Shown: positions 17,368 to 27,663, counted from the stretch's first letter. The stretch: DNA of 54,779 nucleotides from Acidimicrobiales bacterium (GCA_051011575.1 JBPCTR010000304.1:1-54779), one strand, 5' to 3'. The notes: a model not told the origin generated them from the letters alone. Translations and numbers: made by a program.

Positions 17368-18377
17368 TGGTCGATTCCCTTCTCCGCCTCGAGAATCTGA
17401 GCGTCACGTTCAACACCCCCAAGGGGCCCGTGTACGCCGTCTCCGACGTGAGCCTGGAGATCGGCACCGGCGAAGCACTCGGCATTGTGGGGGAGTCGGG
17501 GTCGGGCAAGTCGGTCACGATGAAGTCGCTCATGGGCCTGCTACCTCGAACGGCCGATATCGGCGGAAGAGCAACCTTCGACGGTGTCGACGTCTTCGAC
17601 CTCCCCGTCGATCGGCGCAAACACTTCTACGGCGTCGACGTGGCGATGGTGTTCCAGAACCCGATGACCTCGCTGAATCCGGTCAAACGAATCGGCGCAC
17701 AGCTCACGGAGGGAATGCGATATCACCGTGGTGCGAGTCGCGCGGCTGCCGAGACCCGGGCACTCGAGCTCCTCGATCTGGTTCGGATGCCGGAGGCCGA
17801 AAAACGGATGCGGCAATACCCCCACGAACTGTCCGGCGGTATGCGTCAGCGCGTCGTGATCGCGATGGCGCTCGCAAACGACCCGTCGCTACTCATCGCC
17901 GACGAGCCCACCACCGCGCTCGACGTGACGGTGCAGCGCGACATTCTCGATCTGCTCGACGCACTCCGCGCCGATCTCGACATGGCGCTCATCCTGATCA
18001 CCCACGACCTGGGCGTGGTGAGCGATCGCACCGACCGGATCGCGGTGATGTACGGCGGCAGGATCATGGAGTCCGCCCCGACCGTGGACGTGTTCGCGGA
18101 TACGGAACACCCGTACACCGAGGCGCTCCAACGATCGATCCCGGACATGAGCACCCCGCGGGGGACGCGCCTCGACCCGATCCCGGGCAGCCCGCCTGAT
18201 CTCTCGGTCGCTCCTAGGGCGTGTCCTTTCGCACCACGGTGCACCCATGCCACTGAACGATGCACTGCCGAGATTCCGCCGATTCGAAACGTCCCGGGCA
18301 CGACCGATCATCGTTTCGCCTGCTTCAATCCGCGCGGTGTCGCGGCCGAAGCCGTCGACGCGGAGCCGGGGGCCTGA
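17367..18377 (+). CDS. ABC transporter ATP-binding protein (DppD/OppD-like)
   Basis: Walker A GESGSGKS, signature LSGGMRQR, Walker B LLIADEPTTALD, and an oligopeptide C-terminal Cys-rich tail. Confidence 0.9.
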   Translation: MVDSLLRLENLSVTFNTPKGPVYAVSDVSLEIGTGEALGIVGESGSGKSVTMKSLMGLLPRTADIGGRATFDGVDVFDLPVDRRKHFYGVDVAMVFQNPMTSLNPVKRIGAQLTEGMRYHRGASRAAAETRALELLDLVRMPEAEKRMRQYPHELSGGMRQRVVIAMALANDPSLLIADEPTTALDVTVQRDILDLLDALRADLDMALILITHDLGVVSDRTDRIAVMYGGRIMESAPTVDVFADTEHPYTEALQRSIPDMSTPRGTRLDPIPGSPPDLSVAPRACPFAPRCTHATERCTAEIPPIRNVPGTTDHRFACFNPRGVAAEAVDAEPGA

Positions 18378-19372
18378 TGGTCGGCGTCGGTACGGCTCCA
18401 CTCCGCGAGGATGGCTCACTCATTCGCGTCGAGAACCTGGTCGTCGAGTTCCCCGGTCCTGGCCGTTCGACGGTGCAAGCCGTGTCCGACGTGTCGTTCG
18501 ACGTGGTCGAGGGCGAGACGCTTGGCATCGTGGGCGAATCGGGTTGTGGCAAGTCGACGACCGCAAAGGCGATGATCCAACTTCCTCGTCCGACCGACGG
18601 CAGCGTGTGGTACCGCGGGCAGGATCTCACCGCGCTCGCGAAGGATGACCTCCGAAAGACCCGTAGCGATCTGCAGATGATCTTCCAGGATCCGATCTCG
18701 TCGCTGAACCCACGGCGGTCGATCTGGCAGATCATCAAGGAAGGTGTCGACATCTGGGGAACGTCCGAGAAGTGGTCGGACGCCAGGCTCATCGAACTGA
18801 TCGAGTCGGTCGGGATCGACCCCAAGTACCGCGACCGCAAGCCGTTCCAGTTCTCCGGTGGGCAGTGCCAGCGCATCAGCATCGCTCGAGCGCTTGCGCT
18901 CGATCCTCATGTCCTCATCTCCGACGAACCGGTGTCCGCGCTCGATGTGTCGGTTCAGGCGCAGATTCTGAACCTGCTCGACGATCTGAAGGCCGAACAT
19001 CAGCTCACGATGCTGTTCATCAGCCACGATCTCGCCGTCGTTCGCAACGTGTCCGACCGGGTCATGGTCATGTATCTGGGTCGGGTTGCCGAGATCGGCG
19101 ACGCCGACAGCATTTTCGACAATCCGGCGCACCCGTACACAAAGGCGCTCCTCGCAGCCGTTCCGGGGTCCGGGGTCATCGAAGACGGCTCGCTCACCGG
19201 CGAGCTCCCATCGCCTCTGAACCCTCCCGAAGGATGCCGATTCCACACCCGGTGTGCGTTCGCGACCGACGTGTGTCGAACAACGGTCCCGGAGTTTGGT
19301 CAGCACGGACCCGACCATTGGGTCGCCTGCCATCACCCCCAGTCGACCGCGGTCGCCCTCGACGGGGTCTGA
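18377..19372 (+). CDS. ABC transporter ATP-binding protein (DppF/OppF-like)
   Basis: Walker A GESGCGKS, signature FSGGQCQR, Walker B LISDEPVSALD. A TGATG overlap joins it to the upstream gene. Confidence 0.9.
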   Translation: MVGVGTAPLREDGSLIRVENLVVEFPGPGRSTVQAVSDVSFDVVEGETLGIVGESGCGKSTTAKAMIQLPRPTDGSVWYRGQDLTALAKDDLRKTRSDLQMIFQDPISSLNPRRSIWQIIKEGVDIWGTSEKWSDARLIELIESVGIDPKYRDRKPFQFSGGQCQRISIARALALDPHVLISDEPVSALDVSVQAQILNLLDDLKAEHQLTMLFISHDLAVVRNVSDRVMVMYLGRVAEIGDADSIFDNPAHPYTKALLAAVPGSGVIEDGSLTGELPSPLNPPEGCRFHTRCAFATDVCRTTVPEFGQHGPDHWVACHHPQSTAVALDGV

Positions 19373-19403
19373 CCCCCAATCCCGAAAAGGGGCCAGAGCG
19401 GTC
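19364..19403. repeat. Degenerate copy of the GGGGTCTGACCCC / AAAGGGGTCAGAG palindromic element
   Basis: Sequence GGGGTCTGACCCCCAATCCCGAAAAGGGGCCAGAGCGGTC. The arms TCTGACCCC and GGGGCCAGA pair at 8 of 9 positions. The TGA of the core is the stop codon of the DppF/OppF-like gene. Confidence 0.6.
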
Positions 19404-19442
19404 AAACACCGAACCGATCGACGATCGCGTACGATCGCCGCC

Positions 19443-20615
19443 ATGGTCGATGGGTTCGATGTCGCGATCGTTGGTGGTGGTATCGCAGGCGTCTCCGCCG
19501 GCGCCCACCTTGCCGAGGCCGGCCTTTCCGTGGTCCTGCTGGAGGCTGAGGCGACGCTCGCGCATCACACGACAGGCCGGTCAGCTGCGCAGTACCTGGA
19601 GAACTACGGCAACGACTCCGTCCGGCGTCTCACGATCGCGAGCAGGTCGTACTTGGAGGAGCCCGGCGAGCACGCCGACCAGTCGTTCCTGGGTAGCCGC
19701 CCACTCTTGAAGGTAGGCCGGGCCGCGAAGATCGATGCCATGAGGGCCGAGGTCGAGCATGCGAAAGAGCTCGTACCCACGACCACGTTCGTCGACGGCG
19801 ATGAAGCTCGAGGGATACTTCCGATTCTGCGCGACGACATCGCCTGCGGACTGTACGAACCCATGTCGATGGACATCGATGTCGCCGGTCTGCATCAGAG
19901 CTACGTTCGCCGGTTGCGGGCATCCGGTGGGGAGATTCGCCGATCCTGGCGCGTCGTCGGCCTGAACCGTCGCGGCGACAGCTGGCAGATCAACACCGGC
20001 TCCGATGAGCTTTCGGCGTCGGTCGTCGTGAATGCGGCGGGGGCGTGGGGTGATCTCGTCGGGGCAGAAGCCGGCGCGCTACCGCTGGGGCTCCATCCGC
20101 TTCGTCGCACGATCGCCATCGGGGCGATTCCCGACGGCCATGACCCGGGCGAGGTGGAACGCTGGCCGCTGACCTCTTTCGAGCCGGCCTCGGGGCCCAT
20201 GAACTGCTACTGCAAGCCCGAGCCGGGCGGACTGATGATCTCGCCGGCCGACGAGACGCCGTCCGAGCCGTGTGATGCCAAACCCGAGGAGATCGACGTC
20301 GCCCTCGCCCTCGCAAATCTCGCTGAGTTCACAACGTTGGACGTGCGCCATGTGCGCTCGACATGGGCGGGCCTGCGCACCTTCACATCCGATCGAACTC
20401 CGGTGGGCGGATTCGACAGCGATGTGGAGGGGTTCTTCTGGCTCGTCGGCCAGGGCGGCTACGGCATCCACACCGCAGAGGCGATGGCGCTCGCCACGGC
20501 GGGTCTGATCGTCGACGACGCCATTCCCACCCCTCTCACTGACGTCGGCCTCACAGCCGAAGATCTGTCTCCCGGTCGAGGCACCCTCGCTGGTCCTCTC
20601 GTCGGCGGCGCCTGA
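19443..20615 (+). CDS. FAD-dependent oxidoreductase (DAO family)
   Basis: N-terminal dinucleotide fold FDVAIVGGGIAGVSAGAHLAEAG and a DAO-like length. The ATG at 19443 lies within ORF 19254..20615. Confidence 0.85.
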   Translation: MVDGFDVAIVGGGIAGVSAGAHLAEAGLSVVLLEAEATLAHHTTGRSAAQYLENYGNDSVRRLTIASRSYLEEPGEHADQSFLGSRPLLKVGRAAKIDAMRAEVEHAKELVPTTTFVDGDEARGILPILRDDIACGLYEPMSMDIDVAGLHQSYVRRLRASGGEIRRSWRVVGLNRRGDSWQINTGSDELSASVVVNAAGAWGDLVGAEAGALPLGLHPLRRTIAIGAIPDGHDPGEVERWPLTSFEPASGPMNCYCKPEPGGLMISPADETPSEPCDAKPEEIDVALALANLAEFTTLDVRHVRSTWAGLRTFTSDRTPVGGFDSDVEGFFWLVGQGGYGIHTAEAMALATAGLIVDDAIPTPLTDVGLTAEDLSPGRGTLAGPLVGGA

Positions 20616-20675
20616 CTTGCACCGTTTGCTCCGAGGTGCGCTGCACCGCCGACGGCGGTAGGGGGCGAGCCCTCG

Positions 20676-21512
20676 ATGGCGATCCTCTTGGCGATGCTGT
20701 CCACGATCTCGATCGCGAGCGGCGAGTTCCTGGCCGGCGGCGTGACGAAACGCACTCGCGCCAACGAGGTGACGTCGGCCATGTTCGTGGCCGGCGTGGC
20801 GATGACCGCCGTGGTCGCGCTGGTCTGGCCTGGCGATCCCACCCAGCGCGACCTGATCTTCGGTGCGCTCGCGGGCCTCGCCAACGGAACCGGGATCCTG
20901 CTTCTCTATGTGGCGTACTCGCGAGGCTCGCTGCGCTCGGCCGCGCCGGCCGCCGCGGTGACGATGTCGAGTGTTCCCATCGCGTGGGATGTGGTCGTGA
21001 CCGGCACGAACCCATCGACCCTCAGCTGGGTCGGGATCGTGCTCGGCGTGGCCGCGATCGCCCTCTCGTCCTACGAGCGTGGCGAGGTCGAGGACGATCG
21101 ATACGGGCTGCCGATCGCCATGCTCGCCGGCGCCATCTTCGGCGTGTTGTTGATCTTCCTCGGTGAGATCGGGGATGACGCCGGCGGCACGCCACTCTTC
21201 GTGCAACGCGCATCAGCATTGGCCTTGGCAGTGATTGTGACGCGAGCGACCGGCCCTCGGATCCTGCCTGGTCGGCGAGCTGACCGAGCGACCTCGTTCG
21301 TGCTCGGTTTGTTCGCCACGACGGCGATCGTCCTCTTCGTCCTCGCCTTGCAGGCCGGTGGCTCGTTGGCGGTCGTGAGCGTGATCGGTTCACAGTATGC
21401 GGGGGTTGCGGTAGTTCTCGGAGTTCTTCTTCGCGGCCAACGAATGTGGTGGTGGCAGGCAGTCGGCCTGGCCGGGGCCAGTCTGGCCGTGGCCTTGATA
21501 AGTATTGGCTGA
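20676..21512 (+). CDS. DMT/EamA-like integral membrane transporter
   Basis: 278 aa with about 10 hydrophobic helices in two similar halves. Confidence 0.7.
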   Translation: MAILLAMLSTISIASGEFLAGGVTKRTRANEVTSAMFVAGVAMTAVVALVWPGDPTQRDLIFGALAGLANGTGILLLYVAYSRGSLRSAAPAAAVTMSSVPIAWDVVVTGTNPSTLSWVGIVLGVAAIALSSYERGEVEDDRYGLPIAMLAGAIFGVLLIFLGEIGDDAGGTPLFVQRASALALAVIVTRATGPRILPGRRADRATSFVLGLFATTAIVLFVLALQAGGSLAVVSVIGSQYAGVAVVLGVLLRGQRMWWWQAVGLAGASLAVALISIG

Positions 21513-21661
21513 CGGCCCCGCCTGACTTCCCGGAATGTTGTCTCACGGCGCGGTAGCAAACCACCCGCCGACGGTGAGAGCTGCGTAAACGCTGCTAGCC
21601 TCGTTCGCTTGATGGAGGCAGTGCAATGTTGCCTGCCGAAATAACCCTATGGAGGGGAACA

Positions 21662-22999
21662 GTGAAGAAGCTTCTCACGATCCTTGCCATGCTCCTGTCG
21701 CTCACAATGGTTGCAGCAGCATGCGGATCTGACGATCCCGTCGCCACAGACGACACGACGGCCGACGACGCCATGGCTGATGACGACGCCATGGCCGACG
21801 ACACCCACGACGCACTCGGTGACGGCTCGCTCGGAACCGTTGTCGTCGAAGAAGGCGCAGAAGTCCAGATCCGTTCGCTGAACGCGATCTCGGGTGACGT
21901 GGCCTTCCTCGGTGTCCCGAACCAGCGTGGCGTCGAAATCGCCATCGCTGACTACGGCTCGGTCAAGGGCTTTGACGTCAGCATGGGCACCGGTCTCGAC
22001 GACCTCTGCTCGGCCGACGGTGGCCAGGCTGCCGCCCAGACCATCGTTGCTGACGAGCAGGTCATCGGTGTCATCGGTACCTCGTGCTCGGGTGCAGCCA
22101 CCGCTGCTGCTCCGCTCATCAGCGAGGCCGGCATGGTCATGATCTCGGGTTCGAACACCTCGCCCGCGCTCACGTCTGACCAGCAGGGCAATCCTGGCGA
22201 GAACTACAACGTCGGCTACTACCGCACCGCCCACAACGACCTCTTCCAGGGCGCTGCCATGGCCGAGTTCGTGTTCAACGACCTGGGTCTCACCAGCGCC
22301 GCGGCCATCCACGACGGCGACCCCTACACCGAGGGTCTTGCCAACGCGTTCGCCAACAGCTTCACCGAGCTCGGCGGCACCGTGACCACCGTGGTTGGCG
22401 TTGCCAAGGAAGACACCGACATGGTGCCGGTCCTCACCGAGGTTGCCGCGGGTTCGCCCGAGGGCGTCTTCTTCCCGATCTTCCAGCCCGCTGGTGACTT
22501 CGTGGCCGCTCAGGCCCCCGGCGTCGCCGGTCTGGAAGACGCAGTGCTGCTCGCAGCCGACGGCCTTCTCGTCGACGGATTCCTCGAGATCCCCGATTCC
22601 GAGGGCATGCGCTTCTCGGGTCCCGACACTCGCTTTGGCACCAACGCCAACGAGAGCACGGGCACCACGGCCAACGACTTCCTCGCTGAGTACGAGTCAC
22701 AGTTCGGTGAGGCTCCCAGCGCTCCGTTCTGGGGTCACAGCTACGACGCCACGGCGATGCTGCTCGACGCGATCGACGCCGCTTCGCACGTGAACAGCGA
22801 CGGCGCCCTCGAGATCGACCGTGCCGGCGTGCGCGAGTTCCTCGACGGAATTCAGGGATACGGCGGCATCATCGGAACCATCAACTGTGATGACTTCGGT
22901 GACTGCGGTTCCCAGCGGATCACGATCATCGAGCACCTCGACTCCGGCGACGTGGAAGCGTCGAAAGAGAACGTGGTCTTCGAGTACGCCCCGGCGTAA
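21662..22999 (+). CDS. Branched-chain/amino-acid ABC transporter substrate-binding lipoprotein (LivJ/K-like, type 1 PBP)
   Basis: Lipobox LSLTMVAAAC and an acidic linker. PBP1 motifs include VIGVIGTSCSGAA. The GTG start at 21662 is inferred. Confidence 0.85.
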   Translation: MKKLLTILAMLLSLTMVAAACGSDDPVATDDTTADDAMADDDAMADDTHDALGDGSLGTVVVEEGAEVQIRSLNAISGDVAFLGVPNQRGVEIAIADYGSVKGFDVSMGTGLDDLCSADGGQAAAQTIVADEQVIGVIGTSCSGAATAAAPLISEAGMVMISGSNTSPALTSDQQGNPGENYNVGYYRTAHNDLFQGAAMAEFVFNDLGLTSAAAIHDGDPYTEGLANAFANSFTELGGTVTTVVGVAKEDTDMVPVLTEVAAGSPEGVFFPIFQPAGDFVAAQAPGVAGLEDAVLLAADGLLVDGFLEIPDSEGMRFSGPDTRFGTNANESTGTTANDFLAEYESQFGEAPSAPFWGHSYDATAMLLDAIDAASHVNSDGALEIDRAGVREFLDGIQGYGGIIGTINCDDFGDCGSQRITIIEHLDSGDVEASKENVVFEYAPA

Positions 23000-23050
23000 T
23001 CGAGTGTGATCTGGAGCGAAATTCTCGCTCCACAATTTGAATTGCCGAGC

Positions 23051-23091
23051 GACCCCGCCCATTCTTTCCGGGCGGGGTCGTTCCGCTTTTT
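23051..23091 (+). terminator. Rho-independent terminator/attenuator between the SBP gene and the permease genes
   Basis: Perfect 10-bp GC-rich stem GACCCCGCCC (23051-23060) / GGGCGGGGTC (23070-23079) with a 9-nt loop, followed by GTTCCGCTTTTT. Confidence 0.7.
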
Positions 23092-23130
23092 ACGACCTTG
23101 CGCGTTCGCCCAACCAAGGAGGGGTGGTCA

Positions 23131-24258
23131 GTGACGACTGCCGTACGCGTGAAGGGTGCCCGGAAGACCAACGTCGACCGGTTCCTCACGCTCATCAGGA
23201 TCGTTCTCATCGGGGTGATCACCATCGGGTTGCTCGCCTTCGTGGCGCAGCAGATCGATCCGGGGAACCCGTTCGCCGATTGGACGCATGGCGACAAGGA
23301 CGCGAACTCCCTGAGCGGTGCCGCCTTCAAGGGGCTTGTCGTGTCGGGCCTGAGCACCGGGGCCATGTACGGCCTCATCGCTCTCGGCTATTCGATGGTC
23401 TACGGCGTACTCGGGTTCATCAACTTCGCGCACGGCGAGGTGTTCATGGTGGGCGGGTTCACGGCGTGGATTGCGTCGAACAAACTCGATGAGGCCGGAT
23501 TGTGGAATACCGACGGCTTCATCCTGTCACTGGTGTTCGTGATCATCCTGGCCACATTCATGTCTGCCTTTACTGCGCTGCTGATGGAACGGGTTGCCTA
23601 CCGCAAGCTGCGTGGTGCCCCAAGGCTCATCCCGCTGATCACCTCGATCGGCGTGAGCTTCTTCCTGCAGAACGCGTCGATCCTCCTGTTCGGTCCCGGC
23701 GCCAAGAGCTATCCCCGCAACCCTGACTGGCTCACCGAACGCCGAACCTTCCTGAACATCGAGGTGTCCAAACTCCTCGTGATCGTGGTGGCGGCCCTCG
23801 CGATGGCCGGACTCTGGTACATCGTCGAGCGCACCAGGACAGGGAAGGCCATGCGGGCTGTTGCCGAGGACAAAGAAATTGCCTCGCTCATGGGCATCAA
23901 CGTGAACCGCACGATCGTGACCACGTTCGCCGTCGGTGGTGCGATGGCCGGTGTCGCGGGCGTGATGTGGGGGCTCCTTTTCCCTCGGGTGATCGCCACG
24001 ATGGGCTTTCTCCCGGGCATCAAGGCCTTCACCGCCGCCGTGGTCGGCGGGGTGGGCAACCTCGGTGGCGCCATGGCCGGCGGCGTGGCGTTGGGCAGTG
24101 CCGAATCGCTCGCGCCACTGATGCTGCTCGAACCCCTGGGAATCGACGGTGCCTCGCAGTTGAAGGATGCCGTGTCGTTCACCCTGTTGATCCTCGTCCT
24201 TCTTGTGAAACCAACCGGCCTGTTCGGTGAACGACTCTCCTCGGAGGACCGGGCATGA
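23131..24258 (+). CDS. Branched-chain amino acid ABC transporter permease (LivH-like)
   Basis: LivH-type motifs GAMYGLIALGYSMVYGVLGFINFAHGEVFM. GTG start at 23131, 7 nt after an AAGGAGGGG RBS. Confidence 0.9.
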   Translation: MTTAVRVKGARKTNVDRFLTLIRIVLIGVITIGLLAFVAQQIDPGNPFADWTHGDKDANSLSGAAFKGLVVSGLSTGAMYGLIALGYSMVYGVLGFINFAHGEVFMVGGFTAWIASNKLDEAGLWNTDGFILSLVFVIILATFMSAFTALLMERVAYRKLRGAPRLIPLITSIGVSFFLQNASILLFGPGAKSYPRNPDWLTERRTFLNIEVSKLLVIVVAALAMAGLWYIVERTRTGKAMRAVAEDKEIASLMGINVNRTIVTTFAVGGAMAGVAGVMWGLLFPRVIATMGFLPGIKAFTAAVVGGVGNLGGAMAGGVALGSAESLAPLMLLEPLGIDGASQLKDAVSFTLLILVLLVKPTGLFGERLSSEDRA

Positions 24259-26135
24259 CCGACATCGACGCCAACGCACTCATCGCAGAAGCCGCCGACA
24301 GCATCGACGATCTTGCCGAGGTCACAAAGGGCGCTCTCGATCTGGACTGGAACCGGGTCGTTCGCACCGGCGCTCTGCTGGCCCTCGGTCTTGTATTCAT
24401 CAGCCTCGCAGGTATGCCGGTCGGCCTCGATGGGCGGACCGTGGTCGACAAGCGGCTGTCGCTCGGCGACCTCTCGTTGCTGTGGTTGCCCCTCGTGCTC
24501 GGGTGGGCGGTCGGCAAGGACGTCGTGCTCGAGGGTATGGCTGTCACCAAGAAGGGATCACGAGACGTGGTCGCCGGTGCCGCGGTCGGCGCTATCGGCG
24601 GGTTGGGGCTCTTCGTTCTCGCGGTCCTGATCGACACGTTCGACATTCGCGATCCACTCGTGAACTGGTCGCCTCAGCTGTTCGACTTCCTGACGTTCAG
24701 CGGAGACGACAGCAACGGCGTCGGGCTCGCTCTGCTGTGGGTGGTCATCGGGGCGGCCCTCGCTGGTTTCGGCTCGGCGCTGCATGTCGTGTCGAGGAAC
24801 GTGCGCAACGCACTCATCGCCGCAATTCTCACCTTTGTGAGCGCCGCGATCTTCGAGAGCTTCATCGTCGATCTGTTCGACTTCCTCACCGACGTGCTCT
24901 ACGCGAAGACCGGCGGGCTCACCGTGTGGTCGGCAGTAGCACTCGCTGTGATCGCAGGTGGGCTCAGCTACGTCGGGGTGGGTCGAAGGATCGGCGTGCA
25001 GAAGTCCGCCTATCAGGCGCGCACCGGTGCCGAGAAGGCCAGCCAGACCACGATGCTCATCGGCATCGCGGTCGCAGCGCTCATCATCATCCCGATGGTG
25101 ACCGGCAAGATCACCCAGGAGCTGCTCGCCAATGTGGGCATCTTCCTGCTTCTCGCTCTCGGACTGAACATTGTGGTGGGCCTCGCGGGCATCCTCGATC
25201 TCGGGTACGTGGCTTTCTTCGCCGTCGGCGGCTACACCACAGCGGTGCTCACGTCGCCGAATCGCGGCGAGGACTGGCCTGAATGGTTCCCCACCCTGCC
25301 GTGGTGGAGCGCGCTGCTCGTCACGATCGTCATGGCGGGGCTCGTGGGCTTGTTCATCGGTGCTCCCGTGATCCGAATGCGAGGCGACTACCTGGCCATC
25401 GTCACGCTCGGTTTTGGCGAGATCATCCGAATTCTGTTCCTGTCCGATTGGCTCAACGGCTACTTCAACGGTGCTCAGGGCATCACGAACGTGCCGCCCG
25501 CCGACTTCGGAATCTTCTCGGTCAAAGGCACCGACCCTCGTTCGGTCTTCTACCTCGTGCTCTTCTTCGCCGCCATCGCCATCTACGTGTCGTGGCGCTT
25601 GGAGCGCTCACGCCTGGGACGTGCGTGGATGGCGATCCGCGAAGACGAGAGCGTCGCTGAGGCCATGGGTATCAACACGGTGAACATGAAACTCATGGCG
25701 TTCGTCGTCGGTGCGGTGCTCGCCTCGTTCTCGGGAGCGATCTTTGCGGCCAAGGTCGGCTCGATCTTCCCGACATCGTTCCTCATCCTCGTGTCGATCA
25801 TCATCCTCGTCGTTGTGATCGTTGGTGGCATGGGGAACATCATGGGTGTGATCGTCGGTGCGGTTGTGTTGATCGGCGTGCTCGGTGGCCCGAAGCAGCC
25901 GGGCCTCCTCCAGGAGTTCAGCGAGTACAAGCTGCTCATCTACGGCGCCATCCTGATATGGATGATGCTGCAACGTCCCGAGGGTCTCGTCCCCAACGTG
26001 AGGCGCAGCCGTGAGCTTCATCAGGAGGAGTTCCTCCAGGATGCATGGCTCCGCGGTGAGGTCGATTCCGATGACGAGGACCCGGAAGGCATGGCTGCCA
26101 CGCCCCACGACTTCACACCGGGGGGTGAGTCATGA
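24255..26135 (+). CDS. Branched-chain amino acid ABC transporter permease (LivM-like) with a ~270-aa N-terminal membrane extension
   Basis: The C-terminal ~350 aa are LivM-like (LGLNIVVGLAGILDLGYVAFFAVGGY...). The N-terminal part has about 6 extra hydrophobic segments. An ATGA overlap joins it to the upstream gene. Confidence 0.85.
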   Translation: MTDIDANALIAEAADSIDDLAEVTKGALDLDWNRVVRTGALLALGLVFISLAGMPVGLDGRTVVDKRLSLGDLSLLWLPLVLGWAVGKDVVLEGMAVTKKGSRDVVAGAAVGAIGGLGLFVLAVLIDTFDIRDPLVNWSPQLFDFLTFSGDDSNGVGLALLWVVIGAALAGFGSALHVVSRNVRNALIAAILTFVSAAIFESFIVDLFDFLTDVLYAKTGGLTVWSAVALAVIAGGLSYVGVGRRIGVQKSAYQARTGAEKASQTTMLIGIAVAALIIIPMVTGKITQELLANVGIFLLLALGLNIVVGLAGILDLGYVAFFAVGGYTTAVLTSPNRGEDWPEWFPTLPWWSALLVTIVMAGLVGLFIGAPVIRMRGDYLAIVTLGFGEIIRILFLSDWLNGYFNGAQGITNVPPADFGIFSVKGTDPRSVFYLVLFFAAIAIYVSWRLERSRLGRAWMAIREDESVAEAMGINTVNMKLMAFVVGAVLASFSGAIFAAKVGSIFPTSFLILVSIIILVVVIVGGMGNIMGVIVGAVVLIGVLGGPKQPGLLQEFSEYKLLIYGAILIWMMLQRPEGLVPNVRRSRELHQEEFLQDAWLRGEVDSDDEDPEGMAATPHDFTPGGES

Positions 26136-26920
26136 CCCGCCTCCTCGACATCCGCCAACTGAGCGTGACCTTCGGCGGCCTCCATGCGCTCCGCGACCTC
26201 GATTTCCATGTCGACGAAGGCGAGATCGTCGGCGTGATCGGTCCGAACGGTGCCGGCAAGACCACATTCTTCAACATGATCTCGGGCATGGTCCGGCCGA
26301 CCGGCGGGGAGATCGTGTTCGAGGGTGAGTCTCTCATCGGGCTCGACCCGAACCAGGTCACCCAGCGCGGCATCGCTCGTACGTTCCAGAACGTTCGGCT
26401 GTTCGCCAACATGACGATCCTCGAGAACGTCATGGTGAGTCAGCACTGCCGTACGAAACAAGGCGTGTGGGGATCACTTCTCAATACGACTGGGTTCAAA
26501 AATGAGGAGGCTGAGATCCGTGAACACGCGGAGAAGGTGCTGGGCTTTTTCGGCTCTCGCCTCGTCGGCTATCGACTCGAACAGCCAGCCTCGGTATTGA
26601 GCTATGCGAACCGGCGTCGGCTAGAGATCGCCCGGGCGATGGCGACGAAACCCAAACTCATCCTGCTCGACGAACCGGTCGCGGGCATGAACCCGAAGGA
26701 GACCGCCGAACTCACCGGTCTGATCGGCAAGCTGCGAAGCGAATGGGGATTCACGATCGTGATGATCGAGCACGATATGAACGTGGTCCGCGACGTATCC
26801 GATCGAGTGGTGGTTCTCGATCACGGTGAGACGCTTGCACAAGGCAGCTTCGAGGAGGTCTCTTCGAATGCCGATGTGATCGAGGCGTATCTGGGCCGAC
26901 CTTTGGAGAAGCGGGCATGA
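26132..26920 (+). CDS. ABC transporter ATP-binding protein (LivG-like)
   Basis: Walker A GPNGAGKTT, signature LSYANRRRLEIARA, Walker B LILLDEPVAGM. Confidence 0.9.
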   Translation: MTRLLDIRQLSVTFGGLHALRDLDFHVDEGEIVGVIGPNGAGKTTFFNMISGMVRPTGGEIVFEGESLIGLDPNQVTQRGIARTFQNVRLFANMTILENVMVSQHCRTKQGVWGSLLNTTGFKNEEAEIREHAEKVLGFFGSRLVGYRLEQPASVLSYANRRRLEIARAMATKPKLILLDEPVAGMNPKETAELTGLIGKLRSEWGFTIVMIEHDMNVVRDVSDRVVVLDHGETLAQGSFEEVSSNADVIEAYLGRPLEKRA

Positions 26921-27663
26921 GCGACGACGGAAACACGGGCACTCCGCTGCTGGAGATGCGCGGCATCAACACCCACTACGGCGCCGTCCACATCCTGAAG
27001 GACGTGAACCTGTCGATCTATCCGGGTGAGATGGTGTCGTTGCTCGGTGGCAACGCGAGTGGCAAGTCGACCACCCTCAAGACATTGCTCGGCATGGTCA
27101 ACCCGACGTCGGGCGAAGTCGTGCTCGACGGCGAGGTCGTAAACGGCCAACCCACGTCGTATCTCGTCGAGCGGGGCGTGACCATGGTCCCCGAGAATCG
27201 GCGCTTGTTCAAACGTCTTTCGGTGAAGGAGAACCTTGAGCTTGGGGCGTACCTCCGAAGCGACAAGGACGGAATCGCCGAGGATCTCGAACGGATCTAC
27301 TCGATGTTCCCCCGGGTCAAGGAACGGCTCAACCAGAAGTCGGGCACCCTGTCCGGCGGCGAACAGCAGATGGTGGCCATGGGCCGCGCACTGATGGCCC
27401 GACCGCGCGTCTTGCTCATGGACGAACCGTCGATGGGACTTGCGCCCGCGTTGGTGCAGACGAACTTCGAGCTGATCCAACAGATCCACGAGGAGGGCAT
27501 CGCCATCTTCATGGTGGAGCAGAACGCCAACATGGCTCTCTCGATCGCCGATCGCGGTTGGGTACTTCAGACCGGGCGAGTCGTCCTCGATGACACCGCC
27601 GATGCGCTTCTCGCCAACCCGGATCTGCGGAAGTCGTACCTCGGAGAGTCGACCAGCCACTGA
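26917..27663 (+). CDS. ABC transporter ATP-binding protein (LivF-like)
   Basis: Walker A GGNASGKST, signature LSGGEQQM, Walker B VLLMDEPSMGL. Confidence 0.9.
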   Translation: MSDDGNTGTPLLEMRGINTHYGAVHILKDVNLSIYPGEMVSLLGGNASGKSTTLKTLLGMVNPTSGEVVLDGEVVNGQPTSYLVERGVTMVPENRRLFKRLSVKENLELGAYLRSDKDGIAEDLERIYSMFPRVKERLNQKSGTLSGGEQQMVAMGRALMARPRVLLMDEPSMGLAPALVQTNFELIQQIHEEGIAIFMVEQNANMALSIADRGWVLQTGRVVLDDTADALLANPDLRKSYLGESTSH

